A stretch of 63,497 nucleotides of DNA, counting the filler, from Choristocarpus tenellus KU-1152 (lineage: Eukaryota > Protista > Phaeophyceae): assembly GCA_964200185.2 (NCBI GenBank). It is 9 parts of 9 records of this genome, joined end to end, with 100 filler letters (N's around TTAATTAATTAA, not from the genome) between each part and the next. Parts side by side here need not be neighbours in the genome. Positions count along the whole stretch, not along the records: positions 21,892 to 30,368 come from CAXNAD020004668.1; positions 30,469 to 40,059 come from CAXNAD020003550.1; 7 more parts are not named here. One strand, written 5' to 3'. Below the pieces are notes generated by a model. It saw only the letters and a list, made by a program, of their open reading frames with translations, did no database searches and was not told the DNA's origin. Of this stretch, positions 26,601 through 38,089 are shown piece after piece. Position numbers and translations under genes: made by a program. The first letter of the stretch is position 1; each line of letters starts with the position of its first letter.

Positions 26601-29488
26601 TTTCGAAGAATTTATGCAACGATTTGCGTTCATCCTCACTAATCCAAATCTCGACTATTTTACCTCTACAGAGAAGATGTGTGCACATATACTTCAATGT
26701 ATATTGGCAGTGATCCATACAAATACACTGAATGGATGGGTGTTTTAACTCCTTAGGTGTTGTGGATGAAAAAAAGCCTTCCTCCCCATTGACAGCAATC
26801 ACCCCTCTCCTTTCTACATATGTAAATGGAAAATGCACTCTGCACGACAGGACTTCGGTCGTGTTCAGGCGGTGGTCACACTATTCAGTCGGATCACAGA
26901 CATAGAAAATTTCAGCAAGAGTATTCTGAATCACTTGCGTCAAGAGGAACAGCGGGAAGTCTTCCATAGGCTGGGAATACTAAATATCCTCAACCCCATG
27001 GACGTGAGTAGTGGACTTGACACCCTAGACTTGTGTTCTAGTGACAATGACAGTGTCAGAAGAGGTTGGTGGGGAGTGTTTTATTGAGGACGCTTGAGGT
27101 CAGTATGCATCAAAGGATGTAGGCCGTGAGGAGCAGGGGAGTACAAAATTGGTGGGTCTGGAGAGGCTGGTGAGATGAATTGACAATATACATTACCGTC
27201 ACACTCAAAGAGTTTTGGAGTAAATTTGTTTTGTAATCCTTTTTTCTCTAGCATTCCGTATTAACTGGAATTGAGGGGTAGTGTACATACTGTACATAAT
27301 TTGAAGCAAAAGTTGGGCAAGCTTGCTTCTGATCTGGGAACAACACCAATTCTGCACTGTGTGCGAGGCAAACAGAGTGAAATAGAATATTGAAAATTGT
27401 GGAATGAGTCCATTATAGATATTCAATTCTATAGATATTCAGAGTTACTACAGAAAACCGGAAGTGAGTCAGCAATAGTATGTAGTGCAACAAGGTGAAG
27501 GGTCTTCTACTTCGTGAATGGTTTTCCAACATTATTCCCAACAACCAACCCCCTGTTGCCTCTTCGGCGTGCCTTATCTCAAAGCCGGACAGGGACTACG
27601 AGCTTGATCTCAAGTGCTGGGAGACTAGGGAATGGAGCAAGGTTAGACTTTACTAAAAATAGTATGAGAACGGAGCATTACTCAATGTGCCCAAGGTCTG
27701 TTTTGTCAGCAATTAAATCAAAAGTCAGATTCAGAGTCTCCCTGTATACAGAGTGTTCCCGAATATTCTGCATCGATACACACCAACATCCAATTTTCGA
27801 CCCCACAAACGATACTCCCAAGTATCTTACAGTATTAGAACACCTCTTTCATACTAGTTCGCCCCCCGATACATTTATAGAGAGCAAAACCAATTCAACT
27901 TAGAGAGTCAAAGTATCTTAGAGGGTGGAGCCACGTCCATTTGGGGGTCAAAATCCAATGTTGCGATTTTGATGTAATTTTGGCTACCGTGCTTGTTAGG
28001 AAGTGTCAATATCCTTGTTCCGTCACACCTTTTTATAGTTTTACACATTTTACCTACTCCGAAATGTTTCTGAGTAGGAAAATGTAATAAAAAAACCCCG
28101 TGGGAAGCCAAGTTCCAAACGGACAAACAGGGCAAAATTCATACCCTCTAAGGTACTTTCACTCGGAAGGCTTCAGTCTTGGCTTCATTTTATTGATCAT
28201 GGTAGAGAAACAACACAAAAAGTGAAACGAGCACAATCGACACGAGGAAATTTCCTTAAAAATATTCTTGCCTACTTTGCAATCAATCTTGTCATTTGTG
28301 GTACTCTCCTCAACAACGTATTTTAAAAGAGGTGCTTTTGGCCCAGCACTGCGGTATGCCTTGCAAGAAGCCATTTGCGATATTTTACGTATTATCTATA
28401 CATGTTACCTGATATATTCATACCAGCATATACACTCTTGCCTACCCATCAAATTATTAGTCAAAAATAAAATCACTGCTCCACTACTTCATAATGTGGT
28501 ATCTAGATTGAGAGAGTCAAGGATACCACCAATGTAAAGTTTTGAATTAGATCAGCACAATGTACAGTCAATCCCCAGAGTAGAGTAAGCCTTCGATACC
28601 ATGCTCGCCCCATGAAAGGGCTCTCTACCTGCTCGCTGACTGGTGGTGCACCAGTGGTGTGAAACTAACACAGAATTTACCAGCTCAGCAGAATAACCAG
28701 AATTAATGGCAGACCCTTGACCCAAGAACATCCTTGGCCAATGACCTAATTGCTTGATTTCGTGGATGTGTTTATTGTACACTCTAACAAGTACGAGACT
28801 TTGAATGCAAGTTCTTAATGCAGTCATTCCTGTGAGTCAACGAGTGAAAGTATCTTAGAGGGTACGAGTTTGCCCTGTTTGTCCGATTGGGGCTTGGCTT
28901 CCCATGAGTTTTTTTATAACATTTCCCTACTCTGAATTGTTTCGAACTAGGTGACACTTCCCAACAAACACAATAGCCAAAATTACATCAAAATAGCAAC
29001 ATTCGATTTTGGCCCCCAAATGGACGCGGCTCTACATTTTAAGATAACTTGGCTCCAGCGTGAGAACCCACCATTCAACTCAACCATCTGCCAGCCGTCC
29101 TATACACATCTTGTGTCTATACATGACCTCGTAAAATAAGCATACTCATCCAGCATGGACTATTTCCACCCTAAATCCGCCCTCGCCCACTCCCAACGTG
29201 AATGCTGCCCAACCTACATGATGGCTCAATCCCTGCCTCCTTCACATCACCTCTGCCCACACTCAAAAGGTCCTGATCCAGCTTGCCTTTGAAGAGCCAG
29301 GGGACAATTGGGTTGGTGAATCTTACACACACAAGAGAGGGGAATCACAAGTATGGGGTTGGAAGCTTCCTGATACCTGGTTTAGGGGAGGATCGGATCC
29401 TGTTGATCGTGAAAAAGGTGGAAATGGGGTTCTTGAGTCAGGCCCTCGAAAGAACGGGATCCTCTGTCTACGATTTTTTACTGACCCG
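23672..29488 (+). CDS. Partial multi-exon gene with a DUF4476-like C-terminal region of the kind found in protist LRR proteins. Strong exons 26203-26481, 26851-27003, 27585-27641, 29270-29488; tentative exons 23672-23761 and 25049-25147.
   Basis: Phase-0 exons join to ...WYTCQQVAEVVDMFPWQ-DFGRVQAVVTLFSRITDIENF...VFHRLGILNILNPMD-PDRDYELDLKCWETREWSK-VLIQLAFEEPGDNWVGESY...GWKLPDTW...GPRKNGILCLRF. The LFSRI.D.ENF / HRLG.LN..NP / YELDL / EPG.NW series is recognised from stramenopile and alveolate proteins. Start and stop were not located. Confidence 0.75.
27905..28164 (-). mobile_element. MITE family A copy; others at 1-178, 4220-4342, 25369-25626, 28842-29055, 53007-53127, 59598-59846 and a fragment at 36436-36480
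   Basis: Shared internal GACACTTCCTAACAAAC...AAATGGACGCGGCTCTACCCTCTAAGATACTTTG and the same TIRs. Confidence 0.9.
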
Positions 29489-29499
29489 GTGAGGAGTAG

Positions 29500-30210
29500 T
29501 GAAAATAATCTGAGGTAGGAAGAGTAACCCTTCAGTAACTGCAACAATACAACCAAGAATAGAGCAGATACATTTGCGAGGAAAAAGATTCTTCCCTTTG
29601 TTCTACATACTTCAGGCCATGGGTCTGAGAGATTAGACCAATGTGAGAAAATATATGTGCGATATAGTATAAAATCGTCTCTCAGCAGTCCACGCAACAA
29701 TAGAAGTCCCTCCTAGAGTAGGGAGATTCAGTGAATGGGTTTATATGATATATGCAGGTTACAATTTCAATCAATTGGACGACAATCTGTTAGCATGGGG
29801 TTCCTTCCATGCCCTCCTCCCAGCAAGAAAATGACTTGTTCTAGATCAGGAGGGAGCAAATAGTACTGAAATGTTACTTGCCAAAAGAGCACAAAGAAGT
29901 GCATACCTTCACTCAACTGCAAGATACCTGAGACTATTTTGAAGAGTCCTGAACATTTTGCTTTGAATACTATCCAAGATACTCCATCCTTACCAAGATT
30001 ACCAGACATAGGGGTAGATGCAACTGATCCACATACATAGTCAGTCATGGTTGGTCTGATTGAAAAACGCCACCAAAGTGAATAGTTGTCAAAAGCGTCA
30101 AAATGAATAGTTGATCCTAGGCATTGTGTCAACAGAAACGAAAAAGCAAAGCATTGAACTGATTGTAGCAATATATTAAACACACTGAAGATGAAGCCCA
30201 ACCTTTGCAT
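29500..30210 (-). mobile_element. Degenerate L1/Tx1-like RT remnant; similar weak remnants at 18120-18760 (-), 24090-24390 (+, APE) and 54200-55300 (-)
   Basis: VIFLLGGGHGRNPMLTDCRPI resembles the RT domain 0-1 motif. RDFN/PIDHI/HCPL at 24110-24372 resembles APE. MMWHIW near 54465 resembles the L1 C-terminus. Confidence 0.45.
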
Positions 30211-30807
30211 TGACCTCGGTGATATTTTATTATTGTCAAGGTACGCAAGATAATTTCCAACAGACCCAAAGTATCTTGGGGTGGGGGGTGGGTCTATACC
30301 AGGGTGTCCATGTGGATCAAAATCAGGAAAAGTGCATTTACATTATCTATCCGACGTATGCAACCAAANNNNNNNNNNNNNNNNNNNNNNNNNNNNNNNN
30401 NNNNNNNNNNNNTTAATTAATTAANNNNNNNNNNNNNNNNNNNNNNNNNNNNNNNNNNNNNNNNNNNNCAAATGGACAGCCGCCACCCCCCCCCCCCAGA
30501 TACTTTGAGCCAAAGAGAAAACGGGACAGTTGTCATAACCAATATGATTGAAGATGAGATTTCTAGGTTGACCAGGGATTACACTGAACCTAACTTCCAA
30601 CATCTTGTCCCCGACATGCCATGGCAGGAGAAACGACTGGGAGAGAAAGCAGAGCGAATTATTTCAAGAGTCTTGGCATCCTCCTTGCTCGGAGATCCCT
30701 TGGAAATATATTAATACTCAGGGAACATATGCAATTACTTGAAAAATTTGGTCGAACATTAGGCCAATGATTTGTGAGAGTCTCTATGGAGAGGGAAAGA
30801 GGTTGGG

Positions 30808-31067
30808 GAGTGAAATTATCTTAGAGGGTACGGGTTTTGGCCTGTTTGTCCATTTGGGGCTTAGCTTCCCATGGGTTCTTTTATGACATTTTCCTACTTC
30901 AAGATGTTTAGGAGTAGGTAAAGCATGTATGTTATTAAAAGGTGTGTCCAGAATATGGATATTGACACTTCCTAACAAACACAACAGCCAAAATCATATC
31001 AAAATCGCAACATCGGATTTTGGCCCCCCAAATGGACGCGGCTCTACCCTCTATGATGCTTTGGCTC
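30808..31067 (+). mobile_element. MITE family A (~260 bp), complete copy with TGGG TSD
   Basis: TIR GAGTGAAA.TATCTTAGAGGGTA / TACCCTCTA.GAT.CTTTGGCTC, with TGGG on both sides. Confidence 0.9.
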
Positions 31068-31481
31068 TGGGACAGAGGAAGTAAGTAGGGGATTACTTTA
31101 TGAGTTGTGTCATATTGTGTCTAACATATCGCAAGCAGGACGTTGGGGGTGACATTATTTCAAAGTGTTTATTATAAGGAACATAGAATAGACCGAAAAG
31201 GTTTCATATTCCGTACACGAGCGGTGGGATACAAACCTATGGCAATAGCGACAAGAGAGCAAGTGGAAAAGCAAGATGAACTTCTAACCGGGGAGAAGAC
31301 CAACCAAACCACTACAGAAAAGCCGACCCTGGAGAAGGGTCAGTCCGTCCTAAGTAGTATTTTGAGTAGAAGACTCGGTGCGATATTTGTATTATTCTAC
31401 AATTTGGTGATAGGGAGGTGATACCACTTCCGATACAAACAATGGAATATAAGAAGAAAGCATCCATTGTAGATATCAACA

Positions 31482-31552
31482 ACGACGGTGGTGTAAGGGT
31501 AACATATAACCCTTCCAAGGTTATGCCCGGGGTTCGAGTCCCCGTCGTCGTA
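31482..31552 (+). tRNA. trnG-UCC: tRNA-Gly(TCC), 71 nt
   Basis: Cloverleaf: ACGACGG/TCGTCGT acceptor, GTGT/ACAT D-stem, TAACC-CTTCCAA-GGTTA anticodon arm (TCC at 31514-31516), CGGGG-TTCGAGT-CCCCG T-arm, discriminator A. A T6 run follows 4 nt downstream. Confidence 0.85.
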
Positions 31553-31556
31553 GGTC

Positions 31557-31562
31557 TTTTTA
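31557..31562 (+). terminator. Pol III oligo-T terminator of tRNA-Gly
   Basis: TTTTTT run directly after the tRNA 3' end. Confidence 0.6.
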
Positions 31563-32082
31563 TTAAGCGTCTCTGTGGTGAGACCAACAAGTGGTTGAAA
31601 ACATCAGCCAGATATTGCAACAATCGTTAACAAAAATATTATACCTTACTAATTACAGTATATGTCATGGACAGGTTCCTTTTTGGGATCTCCGACACAC
31701 ACCTTACGTATACGACGCGCGGTCAGATATAATTGCGCGCGCCAAACATGTCATTTGAGCTCATCCATACCGACTAGTCCAAAGAAACAGTCATCTTCAT
31801 GAGATCCGGATTTGACCAAACATCCAAAATGGATCCTCAGAACGAAGAACCATTCCGATTCTGACAAATCCATTTCTTTGCTGTGACAATACTCAGTCAT
31901 TCTGGAAACATACGAAAAAAAAAGAAAAGGGTGTTCTGTACTGGATTTACTGATCTGTTATGAGATTAGAGCCAAGACCTTGAAACTCGGTCTCACCCTC
32001 TGAGGTGATGAAGGAGTTTCTTTCCGGTGATTGTGATTGCCCCCCTTGAGCAGAGAACTTGGCACCTTTGGTACTATCACAG

Positions 32083-32132
32083 TGGTACTCACGCCGAGGC
32101 TCGAACTCGGGACCTCGGCTTTATCAGAGCCG
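32083..32132 (-). pseudogene. 5'-truncated tRNA-Ile(GAT)-like fragment ending in CCA, inside 13-bp direct repeats
   Basis: Minus strand reads CGGCT-CTGATAA-AGCCG AGGTC CCGAG-TTCGAGC-CTCGG CGTGAGT A CCA. It is flanked by identical CTTGGCACCTTTG at 32058-32070 and 32133-32145. Confidence 0.75.
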
Positions 32133-32225
32133 CTTGGCACCTTTGACACTTTCACATATATTTTATTATGCCCTCTGACATTTTGCAGATTGTATTGTCG
32201 AAAGCAGGTGAAAAGAAGGTTTTCT

Positions 32226-32630
32226 GTTATTATACCGTTACTGCCGTATGACATATACCGTTATACCATTGTACCGATTGAGGTTCCTTGCCAAGCATCC
32301 GTGATTCCTCTGACGGATCTGAACCATGGAATCTCTTCAAGAGACCAGTTCCACAGATTCGAGACTGCTCTTCATTCAGCGTTGTCAAACGTGAATGATT
32401 CACTTTGTTCTCACGTCTTGACTTGTGGTGATGAATTTCCTCTCTCTGAAGATGCTCATCACTCCTCAATTTTCCCCGCAAGTCCATGCAGCCTTGCACT
32501 TGTCCGACCTTAACCTCGTACTCTCGGTTACGGTTCGTCTTGGTTCGTCTGGTCCGTCTTGCCCGGTGATTCTCTTCGCCACCCTTACCTGAGTGAACCA
32601 CACCGCCACATAATCACACGATTCACAATA
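32226..32630 (-). mobile_element. ~400-bp SINE-like non-coding repeat, copy 1
   Basis: Clear homology to 49843-50228, e.g. GGCGAAGAGAATCACC.GGCAAGAC, CGTAACCGAGAG, GAAAATTGAGGA, AACCTCAATCGGTA. Ends in GGTATA-type short repeats. Confidence 0.75.
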
Positions 32631-32661
32631 CCATACTTTCATATATATATATCATTATGCA

Positions 32662-35164
32662 CTGACATTTTCCAGATGTGTCAAGGGAGAAACCAATGAA
32701 AACAACTATTCATATGTCAGTATAAGCCCTAAAGAAGTCAAATATGTCACAAAAAACAACATTGACTGATCTGTTAGATGTTTCACTACTATCTATGTTG
32801 TATCAATGCCTTCTTGCGCCTCCAATCTATATATTCCTGTGCCTCAGGGTGAGGAGCTGGGAAGGCATCCCAAGAATCCAACAAACCCCTTTGTGCCCAC
32901 CTCCCTGGTGATTCCAGCATAAAACGCATGACACGTCTAGACAGTACCACTTTGCGTAGTTACTGAGACAATTTGGCGGAGCCAGGATTTAACCCCTCCT
33001 TTCCTGCTTTATCCTCCAGTTCCTCTCGCCCCCACCATGTGTGTAGCCAGCTCATCCAGGAAGCATTCCGCTTGCTTGCCGAGGCGCCCCAAACTTTCCA
33101 CCATGAAGGTGTTGAGGTTATATAACTATAAGGATCAAAAGAGTCCTCATAGTGGGTGCGCTATTGTGCCCAAGCTGCAGCAGCAGCAGCTACACCTTTG
33201 CTGGTGGATGAGTGTGCAAGACGGGAAGTTGCCTGCACTTCTGCAAAAATGTAACATCAAGTAGAAGACCTTTGTCTTAGCAGGGAGCTATTCCAGCGTC
33301 CGCCAGTGCCCCTGCATGGAAAATTAGATCAATGCGGAGATTTCTGCTACCGTGAACGGGCTGCCGTCCTCCGTAGTGCAAGGGATGCCCATTCCCTTGC
33401 ATAGTTGGCTTAGGAGTTTTACCCATGGGTGTGTGCTGTTGAACCTGCCCTCCTGCCCTGGGGCAGGTACAGACATGTCTGGTGTCAACATTTTGCCTCC
33501 TGCACCCCGCCACTGGGCACCTGTTTGAGAGGGCCTCCTCCCTCCCTAGGGATCTGCTGGCTGTAAGCTTGAATTCTAGAGGGGGGATCTGGCATGCTGT
33601 CTCCAGGGGTTGCGTCAAGGCCCATGCGTTTGCCCCTTGTCCACACTGACTCTAGTGGCGTGCTAGGGCTAGTGAGGAGCTCTCCTTCCCCTGGTGCACA
33701 TCACTAGGTAGGCTGGCTAATTGTGTCCGGAAGGAATCGAAACGGATTCTGTTCATGAGGCGTGTGATCTCATGTTGAGCCAGGATATGGACCTCCGAGG
33801 TAGGTGCAGGAATGTTGTTTCCCCCTAGGTTACCCAGTCTTGGCCAATGATTTCTACAAGATCTTCCGAGGGGATACCTGCTGAAAGGAGGGTGTGAATG
33901 GACGATCCTAAAGCCTGTACTGTGGGGCTCATGCAAACAGCTCGTGAGAAGGACTCGCCATGAGGCCCTTGCTGCCTTGCTAGGAGGGTGGGCAGAGTAG
34001 CCACCAGTGATCCTAGGAAAGCTGCATGTCGGCGGTGTTTCATAGAGGAGAGGCCCAGACCCTCCGAAATTGTGGGCATCTGTGCCTGTACTTGTTGGTG
34101 GGTCTCTAGGCGGAGAGACATTGTTACACCCTCCCTCAAAGAAATCCGTCACCTTGGTTGAATCTGCTACCTCCATTATCTTCTCTAGTGTCCATAATGA
34201 GGTGTTATCTGGTTGCTCCATGGTGGAGCGTGCCAGGAGGGGGGGAGTGACCCTCGCAAGATAGCCTAGGTGGGAGGAGAGGGTCCAGGAGTTGAGGAGA
34301 GTCAGGCCACCTGTTTGTCCTCCATCTCGTTGAGGTGTGTGACCAAAGTTCGTGTCCCAGAGCTCTCGATCACCTCAGTCATATGGGTTGGATAAAGCCA
34401 TCTGTTCTCATATAGGAGCCCCAATGTGACAAAACCATTGAGGTTCTGGGCTAGGTTGGTTCTTGCGGAAGAAAGAAGCTCCAGTTCTGAGGGTGTGGGT
34501 TGGTGACCCTCGGGGTAGGTACGGCAAATGTCTTGTCCATATTTAAGTCAATGCCTACCTCATGGAGGTCAGTTTTGAACGGCTCGAAAGCAGCTATGGT
34601 GTTAGGGCTGATCATCCTTGCAGATATGGACATGTCGTCCAGATAGCTCTGGGAGGAAATCCCTTGGGGTCCAACAGCAGATTGGACTTGCTATAGCGCC
34701 TTATGTGTTGCCATGCAATGTAAGATGGGGCCAAGGGGGTCTCCCTGTTGTACCCCTCATCTTCATGGAGGATCTTCATCCCTCTCTCATCTATGAGGAG
34801 AAGAAGGTTTCGGGTGTCCCCATATACCTTGGAGACATAGGACAGGAGTCCTGGCAGAGTCTCCCGGAGAGCCTTGATGAAAGCTGAGCGGCGTACACTG
34901 TTGAAAGCATTTCTTCCGTCTAAACTGATAAACCATTCTGCACACTCATTCCTTAGGCGGATATCTAGGAGTGCACGCACGCTCTACTCATTTGGGACCC
35001 CGACGCCATTTGGGACCCCGATGCCAATATGTCCTACTCCATCAAAATATTCGTCTAGGTAGGAGCACCAGTCTGAGCAGAAAGCTGAACCATATGCCCT
35101 TCTGAAGAAAGAACCACAGGCGACCGGACGACACTTCTCCGCAATTGTGGACAGTCTTATTAGG
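32662..35164 (-). mobile_element. CRE-clade non-LTR retrotransposon (RT, CCHC, restriction-like endonuclease), 5'-truncated and frameshifted
   Basis: RT motifs CRPVACG, LDGRNAFNSV, QQGDPLGP and YLDD; zinc knuckle CPVAGC..H..TC; RIDL..LLLDVT..FGRLG RLE region; 3' UTR ending TGACACATCTGGAAAATGTCAG. Confidence 0.88.
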
Positions 35165-35485
35165 CCCTCTGACATTTTGCAGGTGTGTCATGGGGAAAAC
35201 CCATGAAAACCTATTCACATGTCAGTATAAACCCTAAAGAAGTACAACATGTCACAAATATGAAAAACACTAATCTATTTGTTATTTCACTACTATCTAT
35301 GTTGTACCACTGCCTTCCTGTGCCTCCAATCTACCTATTCAAGCACCCCAGGGTGAGGAGCTAGGGAGGCATCCCAAGATTACAACAAATCCCTGCTTCC
35401 CCATCTCCCCGGTGACACCGATTAAAATGTATTATTATACCCTCATACATTTTGCAAATGTGTCGGGGAAAAAGTGAATAGTACT
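35165..35485 (-). mobile_element. Two stacked CRE 3' ends (35165-35420 and ~35435-35485) directly upstream of the long CRE copy
   Basis: 35165-35410 matches 32662-32910; 35440-35480 matches the terminal ~45 bp. Confidence 0.8.
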
Positions 35486-36029
35486 ACTGTGGAATGACTG
35501 TATGATACTCACTTTTTATTGTTCCTGGACATCCTCGTGGCTTAGTGGTCTCGACCTCCTTCCGTAATTGAACTGTGAAGTAGGTTCAAAGACAGTTAAA
35601 ATCATCAAACCCAAATGAGAATCAAATCCTCCAGAGTTTCCACAACATTGTACTCTGTATGTACTCTACTGTGCAGTACTGAGAGACAAAAGACTGCTCT
35701 ATTGTGTACTGCTGGTGTCGAGCAGGTTTGTGCGTTACTACTTTGTTATATTTTGGTTATACTGCTTGTGTGGGACTAGAAACATCATATATGTGTGGCA
35801 TAGGTTTCGAAGGATGCAGTCATCAGAGTAGAGTGTCCGCAAGAGGAACATGAATCGAACAGGTTGTGGTGACTCCAACAGCAGGGCCATCCCATTACTT
35901 GTTACACGCTGGAAAGTGTTTCTTAAGGTTGTTACACTTCGACTTTAAGCTTACACCTGGAACGGGTGAAAAAATTCCACAAAGAACAATACGTGAGGTA
36001 TTCGGGCCCAATTCTCCATAGAACGGTGA

Positions 36030-36300
36030 GTGTCCTCGTGGCTCAGTGGTTCATGTAGCTGTTCGGCTCAAAGTATCTGGGGGGGGGGTGGCGGCTGTCC
36101 ATTTGGGGTTGATTTTTTCATGTCGCGATTTTTGGGTGATTTGGTTGCATACGTCGGATGGATAAAATATAAATGCACTTTTCCTGATTTTGACACAACT
36201 GGACACCCTGGTGTCGACCTCCCCCCCCCCAGATACTCTGGGTCGTTCCCCACACAAGATGTTCACCCGCTCGAACTCCGTTGACAACAGATTTCTTTTC
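36030..36300 (+). mobile_element. tRNA-derived SINE-like head interrupted by a MITE; a related head lies at ~35530-35600
   Basis: TCCTCGTGGCTCAGTGGT and TCCTCGTGGCTTAGTGGT A-box heads, with a degenerate B box (GCTCGAACTCC, GGTTCAAA) once the MITE is removed. Confidence 0.5.
36065..36244 (-). mobile_element. MITE family B (~180 bp), complete copy with GTTC TSD; others at 10194-10340, 21750-21961 (across gap), 30263-30511 (across gap), 39995-40059, 58498-58676 and 63332-63497
   Basis: TIR G(G/A)C(T/C)CAAAGTATCTGGGGGGGG / CCCCCCCAGATACT.TG.G.C, with GTTC duplicated at 36061-36064 and 36245-36248. Confidence 0.92.
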
Positions 36301-38089
36301 ACGGAAATAAGTGTGGTTTCAAACATCACTTGAGAGTGTTCGGAGTGAGAGAAGGAGGGGAGCCAACTATTCTGTCACAGAGCAAGCTGACGAATTGGAA
36401 AATGAGAAGAGACGTGTTAGTTTGGTTGTTGCACAGAGTGAAAGTATCTTAGGGGGTATGAGTTTTTCCCTGGGCTTGACGCGTCATTTGTAGTAATTGG
36501 GGAATATTGTACAGAAATTGGCACGTGGTGAAAGTTTTAACCCTCCTAGAGTACTCCAAATATGGTTCGTAAAGGGTATTGGTACGGCAAGGGTACAAGG
36601 AGAAATCAAAATATTTTTGTAGGGGTTGCTCGGAATGATACTATCTGGGTGACTAATGATGGAATTAGTGCACGGCTAGCCTGCTGAAAAAAGAGGGAAT
36701 CAGTGAACATGAAAGGAGGTAACAACCCACCAGTACATGGGTAAACGGAAGTTTTGGACCTAGAGAACGAGGAATGAAATCGACCATGAGGTAGAAGGGT
36801 TGAATTTGAAGGATCCTGAGAAAGGACAATAATATACTTTTCTACGATTGCAGAAAGAGGCTTAGCTGAATTGTGGTGTCACTTTTGTGTGTGAAAGGGG
36901 GAGTATCAATTTTGCGTGCACTATTGCGCGCATAAAGCAGTGAAATAGAGTATATTACACAGGGTAAGAAAGATGGCTTAGAATGCAGAAGGGTACAAAC
37001 CTGCCTACTTCTCAATTGGTTTGGCTCAAGTACGGACGTGAGCTTTGAGCACAACCCTTAAAGGGTAGGTGACGACACCACCAAAATGTGCTGGAAGTAG
37101 ACATAGAGTGCAATATCTGACTGTTTGTGACCACAAAACTGGGTTCTAAACACCCTAAACAAGGCATGTCTGTCCGTTTCAAGTCGTGTAGGCAGTGTCG
37201 AAACTTTCGTAATCCTTTGAGCTACTCAGGGAGGTAGTCAGTGCTTATTTCCTTCTCAGCAGATCAGGAGAATATTAGTTTTTCAACAAAACTAATTCCA
37301 GGGTTTGCAAGGTGTTAGACTGGATTGAGTTTGTAGTACACGTCTGCCCAATATTAACATATTTTACAATAACAACAATGTTGACGATGGGTGCACTTAC
37401 AAATGAAGACACTACTACCGGCAGTGACGATGGGCACACTCGGTCAAATTATATCCTCCCACAGGGCGGATCAGAGTGGGAGGTGGTCATCATTGGATCC
37501 CCACGAAGAGTAGGTCTTGCTGGGCATGTCAATGCCAGTAATCCGTCAAGCACATCCCTAGCCCGGATCAAGATGTGGAGGCCTTCCATATGATAGTTGA
37601 CAGAATCTGATAGGTGGGCATGACTTGCTACGACGTACTGACATTTATGTCATAAATATGACTTCCTCAGTAATTAAACAACTTTTTTTTTAGCGTGTGT
37701 ACGCACACGTTGACCTTTGGTAATAATGGCTTTGAAAATATATTGTAGAGAAATCTGTTTGGTCATGACTACCTCTCACAATCTAAGAAATCATTGCTTT
37801 ATTTAGAGTATATAGAAATTAGCATCTGTTTTAGGTTCTTGCGCCGACTACCTAATTTCGTGTTCTGAGTTAGAATTACCCAGAGCATGCCTTTTTGGCT
37901 TGAAATCAAGAATTATATGTTTTTGTGTCAACCGAAAATGGCACGTCTTGTATTGCAGACATATTGTCTTCCTTTGCTCACGAATTCTGGGATAAGTTTA
38001 GTAGTCTCTTCTTAGTCTAATATCCACCTCACTCTCCCTCAACCAATGTCACGCCACTCATTCCTTTCCTCACCACCTCTGCGATCACT

